NCBI RefSeq assembly: GCF_964213995.1
Contig: NC_135821.1
Coordinates: 51,274,001-51,338,000 of the forward strand
Origin: Mustelus asterias
Taxonomy: Eukaryota
Direction of reading: 5' to 3'
Length of the DNA stretch: 64,000 bases
A program made the translations under genes and the position numbers. Positions 49,691-61,971 of the stretch are shown one piece after another. How positions within the stretch are numbered: position 1 is the stretch's first letter; the number at the start of each line of letters is the position of its first letter. A model generated the notes under the pieces. The model was given only the letters and a program-made list of their open reading frames with translations. It had not been told where the DNA came from and searched no databases.

Positions 49691-50243
49691 ATTATATATT
49701 GCTGTGTACATCCAGAAGGATTAAGAAAAGTGGCACTAAAATAAATTGGAATAAGGTTTACTATAAAATGTTTTCATGTTCACTTGTTTCTAAAATAAAT
49801 TATTGATTTAGCACTGGCCGCAGTGAGAAGACTGGAGAAGCACCTGTAGCAACAAAACTGGAAGTACAGCATTAAATTCATACAACAGTAAGTGTGATTG
49901 TCCTGAACCCAGGACACTATTCTAGGGCTAGATACAGGGCAATAGAAAGTAAGTTCCTTATTGTAAAGAATGAGGTCTTATGAAAAAAAAAAGACCAATA
50001 ATAATGAAACTAAGAGACCATCTGGCTGAAACCCCAAATCCGAAAATTTACTCAGAGAAGCAATGCAGATTCACAGTAACTTCATTGCAGTGTTAATGTA
50101 AGCCTTACTTGTGACCAATAAATAAACTTTACTTTTACTTTAGATAATTGATCCACAACTTTCAGGTCGGCTGTACTGAAAGCGTCATCTCCAAAGCACA
50201 GAAAATTGCAAGTGACTGACACAGTTTGTGAAAAATGTTCAAT

Positions 50244-50249
50244 TTTATT
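50244..50249 (-). terminator. Candidate ZBTB8A polyadenylation signal
   Basis: AATAAA on the minus strand followed by a TGTGTC/T-rich downstream element, ~2 kb after the stop; other AATAAA sites also exist. Confidence 0.4.
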
Positions 50250-52252
50250 TTCATTTCAGTTATTTACACACTGTTGAATAATCAGATTTTATTTCCTGGT
50301 CCCTAAAGTACAAAGTCATTCTAGACTTACAACTTGGACATGATTTAAAAACACTGTTGTTCTAAAGCTAATATAATGCATTACACATCTCAGCTATTAA
50401 ACTCATACGCATATAACCATATAAAACATTTCATCCACTCGATCCATACCTTAATTAAATAATCAGTCCCACGACAGAACCTCGCTTTTAATTCTGAAGA
50501 TTTGAATTCCGAACAAAACACAGTCATACAGGGTAATAAACCATATTGTATTGGAGCAAGCTTATTAACTCCTTTAAAATCAAATCCAACAAACATTTTT
50601 AAAATAGATTTTTTAAAATTCCATTCATTTCAATAGTATACAACTATTCTGGATCAGTCTTAATTAAAAATTTGGACCTTGACATTTTAATCCATGATCG
50701 CTTGAAAGCAAATTCTGTGTCTTCCTTTTCACACAGCTATGTGAACTGGATCCAAGTTGGCACCAAGGCTGGTTAATAAATAATACATAAACATATATCC
50801 CACAGTGCCTACAGATCATGGAAGGCATCCAGTGAGTGGGTAAACACTCGACACTGGTACTCAACATGTCACCTGAACATGCACCATAATTTAAAGCTTC
50901 AGCATGCATCAGAGAGGCCACTTCTAAGCAATCTTCTACATCTGGAGATGGCAGGACGACCAGTAATACCTTGATAACCCTGGATCATGAAGAGGAATTG
51001 AAGGTAATGGTAATAAATCAGTCAGTAATGATCCTTGTGGAATGAGTTACTAATTACAAAGGCAAACAGAGGATTAGGTTGACCTAGTTTGACCTTATTA
51101 AAGGTGCTGCATTGTTGTTGTATGTGTGAATACTATAATTCTGAATGACAAGAAATCCAAACACCATGGACATTTTATAAACTTCCATATATCTTAGCGT
51201 GATCAATTATTTTAGCTTGATCGGTGAGCCGAAGAGATTGAAGAATCTGCACTTGAGGAGTAAAATAGCTAGTGATATGGAATGCTTATTCCCTACACTT
51301 CAAGTGACCAAAAAGCAAATAATATAGTTTCAAAAGTGAAACCTTTGGAAAGATTATGCCGACAAAATTTGATTTGGCAACAATGATAAGCAAATCAAAA
51401 TGGGTTTTATTTTAACTCCCTACTATTGAGAATGATTGATCAGATAGCGATTTTGATGGATGAACAAACTGGGGCTGCCTGCAGCACTACACTGGCTGGA
51501 ATTAATCTGATCATATAATTTTCCTTTCCCTTTCCACAGATTCTTGCATTTCTAGAGCAAGCCAAAACATGAGCTTTGCATTTGTTCATGTCAGACTATT
51601 AACACGATTCAAGAGCAATAAATGCTGGCCTTGCAAGTGGCACTCAGATCCCATGAATAAAAGAAATACAATTGCAGGACCATTTGGAGTACAAAATGTT
51701 GCTGCTGAATAACTCCAGCCTATATACAATACTATAAGACAGTTTACCAAGTGAACTGAACATTTGGCAGCTGAAATACTTTTCTCAATATTACAGCATG
51801 ACAGAAACCCAGAGAGAGATTTATTCAGATCAAATTCTGAAGATTCATTATCTTTGATTTATTATTGTCATATGTATTAGCATACAGTGAAAAGTATTGT
51901 TTCTTGCGCGCTTATACAGACAGAGCATACTGTTCATAGAAGGAAACGAGAGAGTGCAGAATGTGTAAAGAGATTATCTCTTTAACGAACAAAAACTGAC
52001 AAAGCGGCTCTCCATTGTAGAACTGAGTTCCTGGTATTTTTTTTTTAAATGTCCATCATATAATAAAATAAGTTTTAAAATTGTAACTAGATATTTATAT
52101 AATAATTAACCCGACCTCCCTTGAACAGGAATGAGAAACAACAATCACAATTGATGCCTTTAAAATTTTAAGAGGCAAATAAATTGCTGAGACATGTCTC
52201 AGGGACCCTTCTTCCTTCTTTAAAAAAAAGATCTGACATACAATATGTTTAC

Positions 52253-52615
52253 TCAGTCACTGTTCTCAATTTTCTCATACATTTGGGCTTTTTCATCTGC
52301 ATCGTCTAGGATTTCTTGTACTGCATGAACTTCGTTGCTTCCTGGACCTTCTCCTCCTGAGCTCAGGACCTCAGTCTCCCCATCTGGCTCCGTGGATATC
52401 CATCCAGATTCTTTGTCGCTTTCCTGAAATTCCAAATCCTGGTCCGGCTGCGCATCCAGATCAATGGGTTCATCGTCATGACCAGAGTTCATCAGACATG
52501 CACAGTTATTGCACAGCCCGTAGCACTTGCCATCATGTTGCACAATTTTAGCTGCAATGCCAGTGAATGGCTTCCTGCAGACTTTGCAGATAACAAGCTT
52601 TCCAGATTTGTGGAT
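52253..52615 (-). CDS. ZBTB8A: ZBTB8A last coding exon (CxxC...CxxC motif and acidic tail, stop TGA)
   Basis: ttttcccag|; 363 nt; IHKSGKLVICKVCRK...YGLCNNC...acidic tail; the three exons sum to 1473 nt = 490 aa + stop. Confidence 0.92.
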   Translation of the reverse strand: MHKSGKLVICKVCRKPFTGIAAKIVQHDGKCYGLCNNCACLMNSGHDDEPIDLDAQPDQDLEFQESDKESGWISTEPDGETEVLSSGGEGPGSNEVHAVQEILDDADEKAQMYEKIENSD

Positions 52616-52639
52616 CTGGGAAAAGTTCAAACAAGATAT

Positions 52640-52980
52640 AAATAAGGATGAAACTAAAGCTATACCTAAAATCAGGGACAGGTCAAGACTTCCAGCTAGT
52701 AGCAGCATGGTCGGTAACTAGGGGACGCTGATTTAAGGTAATTGGCAAAACAAAAGAGGCAACACGAGGAAATATTGTTTCATGCAGCGAGGTTGTGATC
52801 AGGGTGGCGGAAGCACCTTTGAAATTAACTTTCCAAAGGAAACTGGATAAATGCTTGAAGAGAATAAAACATGAGCTGTACAGAAAGAGCAGAGAAACAA
52901 GACTATTTTGATAGCTCGAACAAAGAGCCAGCGTTGGCAAAATGGATTTAATGGCCACTTTAGTGCTGTTCTCATTCTAT
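52640..52980 (+). mobile_element. Old CR1 3' fragment next to the ZBTB8A last acceptor
   Basis: ACTAGGGGAC..TTTAAGGTAATTGGC; AAGGAAACTGGATAAATGCTTG. Confidence 0.65.
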
Positions 52981-53819
52981 AGGCTCACTGTTCATAACTT
53001 CAGTTCCATCACACAATTGTGACATTTTTGTGTTTTAGTGGATGGGGGGCAAAGTGACGTGATTCTGAGAAAATGTAGAAAGAAAATTAATGTGCAATGA
53101 GTGTAGATACTGTCCACTGATCATATTAGGTGATCAGTAATGCAACAGTAAGATTTATTTTGTAATCAACAAGCTAATTTTCAAGTTGAATTCCTCCTCT
53201 GCTAAATGGAACTAGCTCTACCATACAGAGCCACAGCTTTGAAAGACAATGCAAGAGGTTGAATAAAAGCAGAGTTCTATCAGTTTTAGAAAGTCTTAGT
53301 TATCCATAAATTATCTGCAATCAAATAGACATTGTGAATTTACTATAGTCTGTTATTTTGTACGGATATAAAATGTTAAGCAAGGATCTGGTGAACTGAG
53401 TTGGCTAAAATGTGGTTCAGAATAACACCAATAACACAGGCTCAATTCCTCTTGCGGTTAAGATAGATTTGGGACCTGCCTCCTCTCACTGCCCCTGAAA
53501 GTGGAGGGCATTGGCAAACCCCCACTGACAAAAGCGGCCAAGAAGAAGGCTCAAGATGAAGTATCAGCAGACAATGAGTCAAGGATAGAACATGCTTGAA
53601 TGAATTAAGTGGTGCTTTTTTGTTAAGAAATAAAAGTGGAAGCCCAAAGGATAGCAGGAGAGGAAAACAAGATGAAGTCACAGAATAGCTTGATCAGACT
53701 AAACTTAGGATTTAAAACGCAGTACAGTGGAGGAGGAAGGTGAAAAGAGGTAAAGAGTGGCTGATTTCACCCATGTAATCATTCTGGTACTGATCAGGGT
53801 TACTTCTCCCCATTCCAGT

Positions 53820-54860
53820 TTTCTTTAAATTCATTTTTATGGGATGTGGGCGTTGCTGGATAGACCAGCATTTTAATTGCCCATCCCTAGTTGCCTGGAC
53901 AAGGTGGTGGTGAGTTGCCCTCTTGAAATACTGCAGGCCTTGATGTGTAGGTACACCCACAGTGCTATTGGATGGTGAATTCCAGGATTTTGATCTAGCG
54001 ACAGTGAAGGAACAGTGTTAAGGAACAGAATAGTGAGTGACTTGGAGGAGAACTTCAAGGTGGTGGTGTTCCCAACTATCTGCTACTCTTGTCCTTCTAC
54101 ATGATAGTGGTCGTGGGTTTAGAAGATGCTGCCTAAGGAACTTTGGGAGTCCCTGCAGTGCATCTTGTAGATGGTACACACGGCTGCCATTGTTTGTTGA
54201 TGGTGGAAGGAGTGAATGTTTGTGGAAGGGGTAGCAATCAAGCGGGCTGTTTTGTCCCGGATGGTGCCGAGCAGTGTTGTTGGAGCTGCACTCATCAAGG
54301 TAAGTGCAGATTATTTCACTCCTGACTTGTGCCTCGTAGATGGTGGACAGGCTTTGGGAGTCAGGAGGGGAGTTACTTGTCACAGGATTCTTAGCCTTTG
54401 ACCTGTTCTGGTAGCCACAGTATTTATATGGCTAGCCCAGTTCAGTTTCTGGTCAATGGTAACCCCTAGGATATTGATTGTGGAGGATTCAGTGATGGTA
54501 ATGCCATTGAATGCCAAAGGACGATGGTTAGAATATCTCTTTTGGAGATGGTCATTGCCTGGCATGAATATTACTTGCCAGCCCCAACCTGGATATTGTC
54601 CAGGTCTTGCTGCATTGACATGCACTGCTTCAGCATCTAAGGAGTCACGAACGGTACTAAACATTGTGCAGCCATCGGCAAAAATCCCCACTTCTGACCT
54701 TATGATTGGAGGAAGGTCATTGATGAAGCAGTTGAAAATGGTTGGGCCTAGGACACTACCTTGAGGAACTCCTGCAGTGATGTCCTGGAGCAGAGATGAT
54801 TGACCTTCCACAACCACAACCATCTTCCTTTGTGCCAGGCATGACTCCAACCAGCAGAGG
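53820..54860 (-). mobile_element. CR1/L2-group LINE RT/3' fragment
   Basis: GVPQGSVLGPTIFNCFINDLP..IFADGCT; ILGVTIDQKLNW. Confidence 0.9.
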
Positions 54861-54968
54861 CTTACTGTTTATGGTATTGTACAGCAGATATTGTTGGCCC
54901 TACAGACGTTATAGGAAATTAAAATGCTGCTTTTACTGTGACTAATATTGCAAAGATTTCACACTCAC

Positions 54969-55147
54969 GGTTAGAACATGACTACGGAGATGTTCAAGTC
55001 GCGTGAATCTCTTCCCACAGGAGTCGCAAGGATATGGACGCTCTCCTGTATGTGATCGAAGATGCCTCTTCAGGTCAGATTTCCGCTTCACTGTATGCGT
55101 ACAGAATGGGCACTTGAATCTCATTTTTGGTAACATATTGCAGTCTC
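54969..55147 (-). CDS. ZBTB8A: ZBTB8A second coding exon (two C2H2 fingers)
   Basis: tttctaag| ... |gtgagt; 179 nt; [51 protein letters not shown]; phases are compatible with both neighbours. Confidence 0.96.
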
Positions 55148-55651
55148 CTTAGAAAAATGCAAATGTTCAGTACAATTATAAAAAAATTTAAGTATTTATA
55201 GTGTTCTAAATCTGCACATAACCAGATGAGAGAATGCAAATATAAAACTTATATTTTTAAAAAGCTGGTCAGCGGCATTTAACTTGTTGGTAATCTTGAA
55301 ATAAGGAAAATGCTGCTACATTTAAAACTGCACTCTCATCAAAATCTTTTGCACTTGTTCAATTCACACACAAAGAGACAATACTGTCTTCTTACCGTCT
55401 TCTCTCCTGTACATCTGAAATTTGCAATTAGACATCAATTAAAATGAGCAACAGTACCTGTCCAATTACTGAACTATTGAAATACCTACACACAACCAGA
55501 ACTTACACAGAATTGATCTGATATATTTGGGGATTACTGTCTGCACAATAAAGGGACGAGATAAAGCAGCTTTACTCAAGGAGACAAAAACATCCAGACA
55601 TTGAAACACCCTTCACTCCATTCCTAAATGAACAACATGCAACACTTTTAC

Positions 55652-56582
55652 CTGCACCTTCTCCACTCCAGTCACCCACAACTTCCAGAATTGTAGGCAT
55701 TGGAGGATACCAGTCTTCAGTCTTTCGACCTCTACCTCGAGGTTGCCGTATTGAGTCACCGTTTCTTCGTGGCAATGGCCAGTCTCTGGGCAAAGCATCT
55801 GGCTCATGTCTGAACTGATAACTCATATGAGGGACACTCAGTTCAGAATCCGATATTCTTTTCTCCTCAGCTTGGGAAACTGTGTTTATGTTTTCAGATG
55901 TTCTTGCATTCACACCAGAACCACACACACTACTGACTTTGAAAACAGAGAGTTCATGTGTTTCCTGATGTGCTCGATTATTGACAAAAGAGTTTGGCAG
56001 CTGATCTCTGGGAGAATGCTGAAGGTTTGTGACTGGCTGGTGAAAGTTGAGGTTTCGCCAAGAGTGCCCAACAATAGCCCCCAGATCTGTGTTTTTCTGA
56101 ACATGAACAGAGCTATTTTCCAAACCTCGGCTGCTGGTATACAGAGATGACATATCCCCGCATTTAGTCTCACCATTACTGGAATGGTTGAAGTATCTCT
56201 CTTTCTCACTGATGTCCAGAGAGGATTTGATGAAGCTTTTGCAAACACTGATCACATCAGTCATTTGCAAGTAGCTGGCAGCCGACATCACGTCAATCAC
56301 ATTTTGGCTTGTGAGGCTCAGCCTCCCTGAATATATGAACTCCAAAATAATGGTAAAGGCATCAGCAGAAAAGACGTCGAAAGTGGCTACTGTGGGCTGT
56401 CCCACATCCTGTGCGTTATGCAGGAGAAGCATCCGAAAGTAGCCACTGCTGGCAAACAAGACGTTACGATGACCTTTGAAGACTCTTCCCTCCACGATAA
56501 TGCTGCAGTCACAAAACATTTCTTGTCTGCGCTGTTCATTTAACTGTTGAAGCAAACGGGCTTGGTGAGAGGAGATCTCCAT
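55652..56582 (-). CDS. ZBTB8A: Zinc finger and BTB domain protein 8A, first coding exon (BTB/POZ plus linker)
   Basis: MEISSHQARLLQQLNEQRRQEMFCDCSIIVEGRVFKGHRNVLFASSGYF...VCKSFIKSSLDISEKE matches my recollection of the ZBTB8A N-terminus; acceptor cag| at 56612, donor CAG|GTAAAA; 931 coding nt. Confidence 0.94.
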
Positions 56583-57504
56583 TTTGAGAGCAGCCCCGCA
56601 GTGACCTCAGCCTGTTGTGAACATGAAGAACATCACTTTACTAATGATAAGTCCCAATCCATTCTCAGTAGCATTATAAAAAGTCTGTATTAGGCAATAA
56701 GGAAGAGTGATGTAAAAGGTAATACATTATACTTCATTTAAAATATATTAATACTAGGTTCTCAGAGTGATCATCTAAATTGCTTTGTAATAAATCTATA
56801 TGTGATGTACAATTCTTAGTTGATTCCTGTTCCTGATTATTTCCTATACTTTAACACTGTTGCTCAAGCCCAACCTTAAGCAAACATTCTAGTTCGAAAG
56901 CTCCCCAATAACATCACAAACAACAAACAGGATGTAGGCCTAATCATTTCCACCGAGTAGAACCAAGTAGTACTAAGGAGTGTTTTTGGATTGTGACTCT
57001 ACGGGTGACGCACAAACTAAGTTGCTTTTCTGAAAATACAAACTCCTCCACCACCACCAGCACTGCCCCCCAACCAAAACTTATAAATGTAGAATTTCAT
57101 ACATTTGAGTGTCAGCATCAAGTCAGCCATTTTATTTGCTGAATTCAAACCAAAAGATTAACTTACTGCATTCTTTCTCATCTCCAATCATGTGCTGTTT
57201 TTGAAATACACAAAGATGACCATGTGTCCATTAAATAAAACACATAATGGCCTGCAACTTCCAAGCTCCCTAGCGCTAGATTTGGGGGCACACTAAAGAT
57301 GCTCTGGGGGAACCCACCCTCCATGGAATGTCAAGCATAAAGTTTTGCACAGCAATTGCCTAGAAGTGCTAACTTGCTCTGGACAATTGCCCTGCACTGG
57401 GAAACATCCGAAAATGTGACTTAAATGGCTAACTTCAGATGGTTGCGACCATGTTGCACAAGTAGTTACCCAGAAAAAGTTAGAACAATTAAAATTTCTT
57501 CCAA

Positions 57505-58037
57505 GTTCTGGTCATCCTATTATAGAAAGGATATTATTAAACTAGAAAGAGTGCAGAAAAGATTTACTAGGATGCTACCGGGACTTGATGGTTTGAGTTA
57601 TAAGGCGAGGCTGGATAGACTGGGACTTTTTTCCCTCGAGCGTAGAAGGCTGAGGGGGGATCTTATAGAGGTCTATAAAATAATGAGGGGCATAGATAAG
57701 GTAGAAAGTCAATATCTTTTCCCAAAGGTAGGGGAGTCTAAAACTAGAGGGCATAGGTTTAAGGTGAGAGGAGAGATACAAAAGTGTCCAGAGGGGCAAT
57801 TTTTTCACACAGAGAGTGGTGAGTGTCTGGAACAAGCTGCCAGAGGTAGTAGTAGAGGCGGGTACAATTTTGTCCTTTAAAAAGCATTTAGACATTTACA
57901 TGGGTAAGATAGGTATAGAGGGATATGGGCCAAATGCAGGCAATTGGGATTAGCTTAGGTGTTTAAAAAAAAAAGGCAGCATGGACAAGTTGGGCCGAAG
58001 GGCCTGTTTCCGTGCTGTAAACCTCTATGACTCTATA
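57505..58037 (+). mobile_element. CR1 3' fragment
   Basis: FWSSYYRKDIIKLERVQKRFTRMLPG; CTCTATGA tail. Confidence 0.92.
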
Positions 58038-58040
58038 ACT

Positions 58041-58390
58041 TAGAATCATGGAATCCCTACAGTGCAGAAAGAGGCCATTCGTCCCATCACATTTGCACTG
58101 AGTCTCCAAAAGAGCATCTTACCCAGGTGCACACCCTCACCCTATCCCTGTAACCCCACACATTTATCATGGCTAATCCACCTAAACTGCACATCTTGAG
58201 ACAATAAGGGGCAAATTAACATGGCCAATCCATCTAACCTGCACACTTTTGGTTTGTGGAGCACATGAAGGAAACCCATGCAGACATGGGGAGAACATGC
58301 AAACTCCACACAGCCCCCCCCCCCAAGGCCAGAATCGAATCCAGGTCCCTAGCACTGTGAAGCAGCAGTGCTAATCGCTGTGCCACCATA
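58041..58390 (-). mobile_element. HE1-like SINE
   Basis: Reverse-complement head, core and tail. Confidence 0.85.
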
Positions 58391-59529
58391 CCATACTTTT
58401 GGGTAACTATTGTAAAGACGTAGGCCAGCCTTCCCATAAGACTCCCCACACCATTTATGCCCAGGCAACTCCATCCACCCCCAACTCATACCTTCCCACC
58501 CTACAAATGGTATTTCCCAAACTGACCCCTCCCTGGGAAACCCAGCCCCTCCCCCCACGATGTCTGATAGCCCTTTCACCCCCGCCTCTCCTGTGATACT
58601 GTAAAAAGGAGCATGTTCCCTTCAATTCACCTCTCCTGCACTTCGATGTTAGGCTTCGAGGACTGTCATGCTGCCTGAATCGGAAGATAGGACGAGACAA
58701 GAACAGAAGAAATTTTGAGTAAGTATTTGGGCAGAGTGGCAATCCAATGCTGACTGCCACTCCAAGGTTACAGCTCATCATCTCACAATAAAGCAGCTTC
58801 TTCCAGTGTCACCCCCATTAATTTCAAAACTAGGGACCATAAATTTAACATAGTCACTAATGAATTCAACTGGGAATTCAGAAGAAACTTATTTATACCC
58901 AGACAGTGGTAGAAATGTGGAACTCACTACCACAGGTAGAAGTTGAGGGAAATAGTATCGATGGATTCAAAAGGAAGCCGGATATGCAGAGGAGGAAGAA
59001 AAGATTAGAAGTATATGCAGATAGGATTAGATAAAGAGAAGGGGAGGGGGAGGCTAGGCTGCAGCATAAGCAGCAGCATAGATCAGTTTGGTTAAATGAC
59101 TTGTTTCTGTGCTAGATACTGTGAATTTCACAGTACAGGAGGATCTAGCCTCACTGTAAAATGCACTATCTTCCTCTTAATGCAAAAATCAAACAAAAAA
59201 AAAAATCAGCCGTTAGAATGGTGGCAGCTAACCCACCCATAAAGAAACCTCAATATAATAAAGGTTGGAAAGTTGAATAATACTAAAGTGAAATGTTTTT
59301 AACTTTTACTGCTTGCTTGTTTTTGTGGAGCAAGCAGACATTTCAGTTTCCTCTTATTGGAAGCGTAACTTGTAGCCCTTCACCTTAGAAGGTTAAATAA
59401 ATTAGGGAGAATCTAATAACCATGTAAATGCATAGTGAGGTGGTGAGAGAGTTTAAACAACTTAAAATATGACAATCTGTCTGAACATTCTGAATCTAAT
59501 CCATTTGCAATCCTCCTATTCACTCAGAG

Positions 59530-59960
59530 TTAGAGCCAGAGTCATTACAGCACACAAGACCATTTGGCCCATCAAGTCCCAAGAACAATCCAATCAGTCT
59601 CATTTCAGCTCCCTGACCTTGCCATTTATTTCCCTCAAGTGACCATGGAATTTCCTTTTGAAATTATTCACCATCCTCATTTCCACCACTCTTTTTGGCA
59701 GTGCATTCCAGGTCATTACCACTCACTGTATAAAAAGGTCTTCCAGATCTGCATTCCTTACCAAAGCCTGTGTCCCCTGGTCCTTGTGTCGTCAGCTAAC
59801 AGAAACAACTTTTCTTTAAACCTCATTTGAACCTATCATTATCTTGAGAGCCTATATCAAATCTTCGAAGAGCAACCCCAGCTTCTCTAACCTAAACTTG
59901 TAGCTAAAATCCCTCCGCCCTGAAAACATTCTGATAAACCTCCTCTATATCCTCTCAAGG
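59530..59960 (-). mobile_element. Old CR1 3' fragment
   Basis: CATTTGGCCCATCAAGTC tail and ACCACTCTTTTTGGCAGTGCATTCCAG segment. Confidence 0.65.
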
Positions 59961-60189
59961 ATCCACACAACTAGAGGATTTTCACAGTAACTTAATTGCA
60001 GTGTTAATGCAAGCCTACTTGTGACACTAATAAATAAAATGTTTATCACTTGAGGAGTACTTGGAGTAAGTGGCGCCCTGAAAGCCAGAATTGGACAATG
60101 AGGAGAATGCATTTTTTTCTTCCTGTCTTAAAATATAAGTTTCCCCAAAATGAAAAAAAAGCTCCAGCTCCAAACATGGCCTGAGCTCA

Positions 60190-61620
60190 ACTGCGACTGA
60201 GCGGATTGCGCGCGCAGTGTCGCTCATATATCCCGCCTATTCTCTATACTGGACTGTAATTGGGCAATTCAGATGCCAATCAAATGGCAACGAGCCAATG
60301 GATAACAATAGCCGGGACCCGCGCGATCCAATCCCACCCCCGCGGCTCAGAGAGAGCACGCGAGCAGCCCGGACCCAATCCCACCCCCGCGGCTCAGAGA
60401 GAGCACGCGAGCAGCCCGGACCCAATCCCACCCCCGCGGCTCAGGGAGCGCGCGAGCAGCCCGGACCCAATCCCGCCCCCGCGGCTTAAAGTGCGCGCGA
60501 GCAGCCCAGGACCCAATTCCGCCCCCGCGGCTCAGAGCGCGAGCAGCCCGGGACCCAATCCCACCCCCGCGGCTCAGAGAGCGCGCGCCAGCAGCCCGGA
60601 CCCAATCCCGCCCCCGCGGCACAGGGAGAGCGCGAGCAGCCCGGGACCCAATCCCACCCCCGCGGCTCAGAGAGCGCGCGCCAGCAGCCCGGACCCAATC
60701 CCACCTCCGCGGCACAGGGAGAGCGCGAGCAGCCCGGGACCCAATCCCACTCCCGCGGCTCAGAGAGCGCGCGCCAGCAGCCCGGACCCAATCCCGCCCC
60801 CGCGGCTCAGGGAGCGCGAGCAGCCCGGACCCAATCCCACCCCCGCGGCTCAGAGAGAGCGCAAGCAGCCCGGGACCCAATCCCGCCCCCGCGGCTCAGG
60901 GAGCGCGAGCAGCCCGGACCCAATCCCACCCCCGCGGCTCAGGGAGCGCGCGAGCAGCCCGGGACCCAATCCCACCCCCGCGGCTCAGAGCGCGCGCGAG
61001 TAGTCTGGATTCAACCGCCCGCGCTCGAGACCAACTGCCCACCATCAACAATCCGTCTGGCCACCAACTGTCCACCCCGCCCTGCCCATTCCGTCCATCC
61101 ATCCTCCCGCGCTGCCAACCACCTCACCCCACTCGACCGGCCCCGTTCTGCCCACCACCGCCACGCCGCCCGCCATCCACCCCACGCCGCCCGCCATCAA
61201 CCCTCCACCCGCCATCTCCTGTCCGCCCGTTCTTGGGACGAGCGCCAGCCCGAAACAAACGGCCCCGCGACGCGACGCCCCGCTGACTGAAACAGCCACC
61301 CCCCCCGGGGCCAGTCACCGCCGCGGTGGCAGCGGACCCTTGTTGCACAATCCCGGCCACTGCCGCCCGCTCCGTGCGGAGCCCCAGCCCCCGGTGCCGG
61401 GGGGGGGGGGGGGGAGGGGGTGACTGACACACTTTCCCCTCCCCGCGGGTCAGCGGTCCCGGGTGTTTTCCCCCCAGTGTTTCTGAGTGAATCTTTGCCG
61501 AAAGCCCGAACCCCTTTTTCCTTACCCGCCACCGACGCTGCACTCCGCCCGGCCCGACCCGGACGTGCTTTTTAACGCCCGGATTTACACCCGGAGGCAC
61601 TTAAAGGCGAAATCCACCAT
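60190..61620. promoter_or_regulatory. CpG island / ZBTB8A promoter region
   Basis: Only extended CpG-rich non-TE stretch in the window, 3.6-5 kb 5' of the ZBTB8A coding exon; contains GC boxes and CCAAT boxes. Confidence 0.8.
60328..61000. repeat. GC-rich minisatellite, 15 units of 42-47 bp
   Basis: Unit ~ CCAATCCC(A/G)CCCCCGCGGCTCAG(AG)nCGCGAGCAGCCCGGAC; CCAAT counted 15 times from 60328 to 60966. Confidence 0.97.
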
Positions 61621-61660
61621 GAGCCACTCAAAACTGTTCAGTCCCATTGCAGTGATTGTA
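61526..61660 (-). other. Putative non-coding first exon of ZBTB8A (5' end uncertain)
   Basis: Strong donor CGG|GTAAGG at 61525-61520 at the edge of the CpG island; the ATG-bearing exon has an acceptor, so an upstream exon is required. Confidence 0.5.
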
Positions 61661-61971
61661 CTGTGTTAGCTGCCTTTGAGCTTCCTGACTGCCGAGGTTG
61701 TCATTTTTTTTTTAAAGGTTTAATCTTGAGAACAGCCTCCCGCTATTTTCCATTGAGTTGCCCACACTCCCCAGGGTTGGTTTGACATTACAGGAGTAGC
61801 GGCTGTTATAGTTAGCATTTTGCAGCTAGCTTAGGGGACATTCTTATGTACATTTATCCAGTGGGGCTGTTAACAAGTAAAATACTATAAACTGATAAAA
61901 CAAAACCTCAGCACAAAGCTGGGGGAGGGTCTTGAGCTCCCTGCTGTAACGCCCAATTTCAAAATAGTTTA

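Noticed and set aside
49812-49887. Plus-strand exon-like segment (tttag ... gtaagt), possibly ZBTB8OS
   Set aside because: No translation resembles archease, the pyrimidine tract is weak, and no partner exons were found.
55396-55414. Possible ZBTB8A micro-exon (ttcag|19 nt|gtaaga)
   Set aside because: 19 nt (or 11 nt from the alternative AG) would frameshift, and the flanking exons join in frame without it. A poison exon cannot be excluded, but there is no support.
60328-61000. CRISPR-like array
   Set aside because: Units abut with no unique spacers and there are no cas genes; this is a vertebrate minisatellite.
60260-61003. 247-aa and overlapping ORFs in the CpG island
   Set aside because: They are translations of the stop-poor tandem repeat on both strands, with no splice or domain support.
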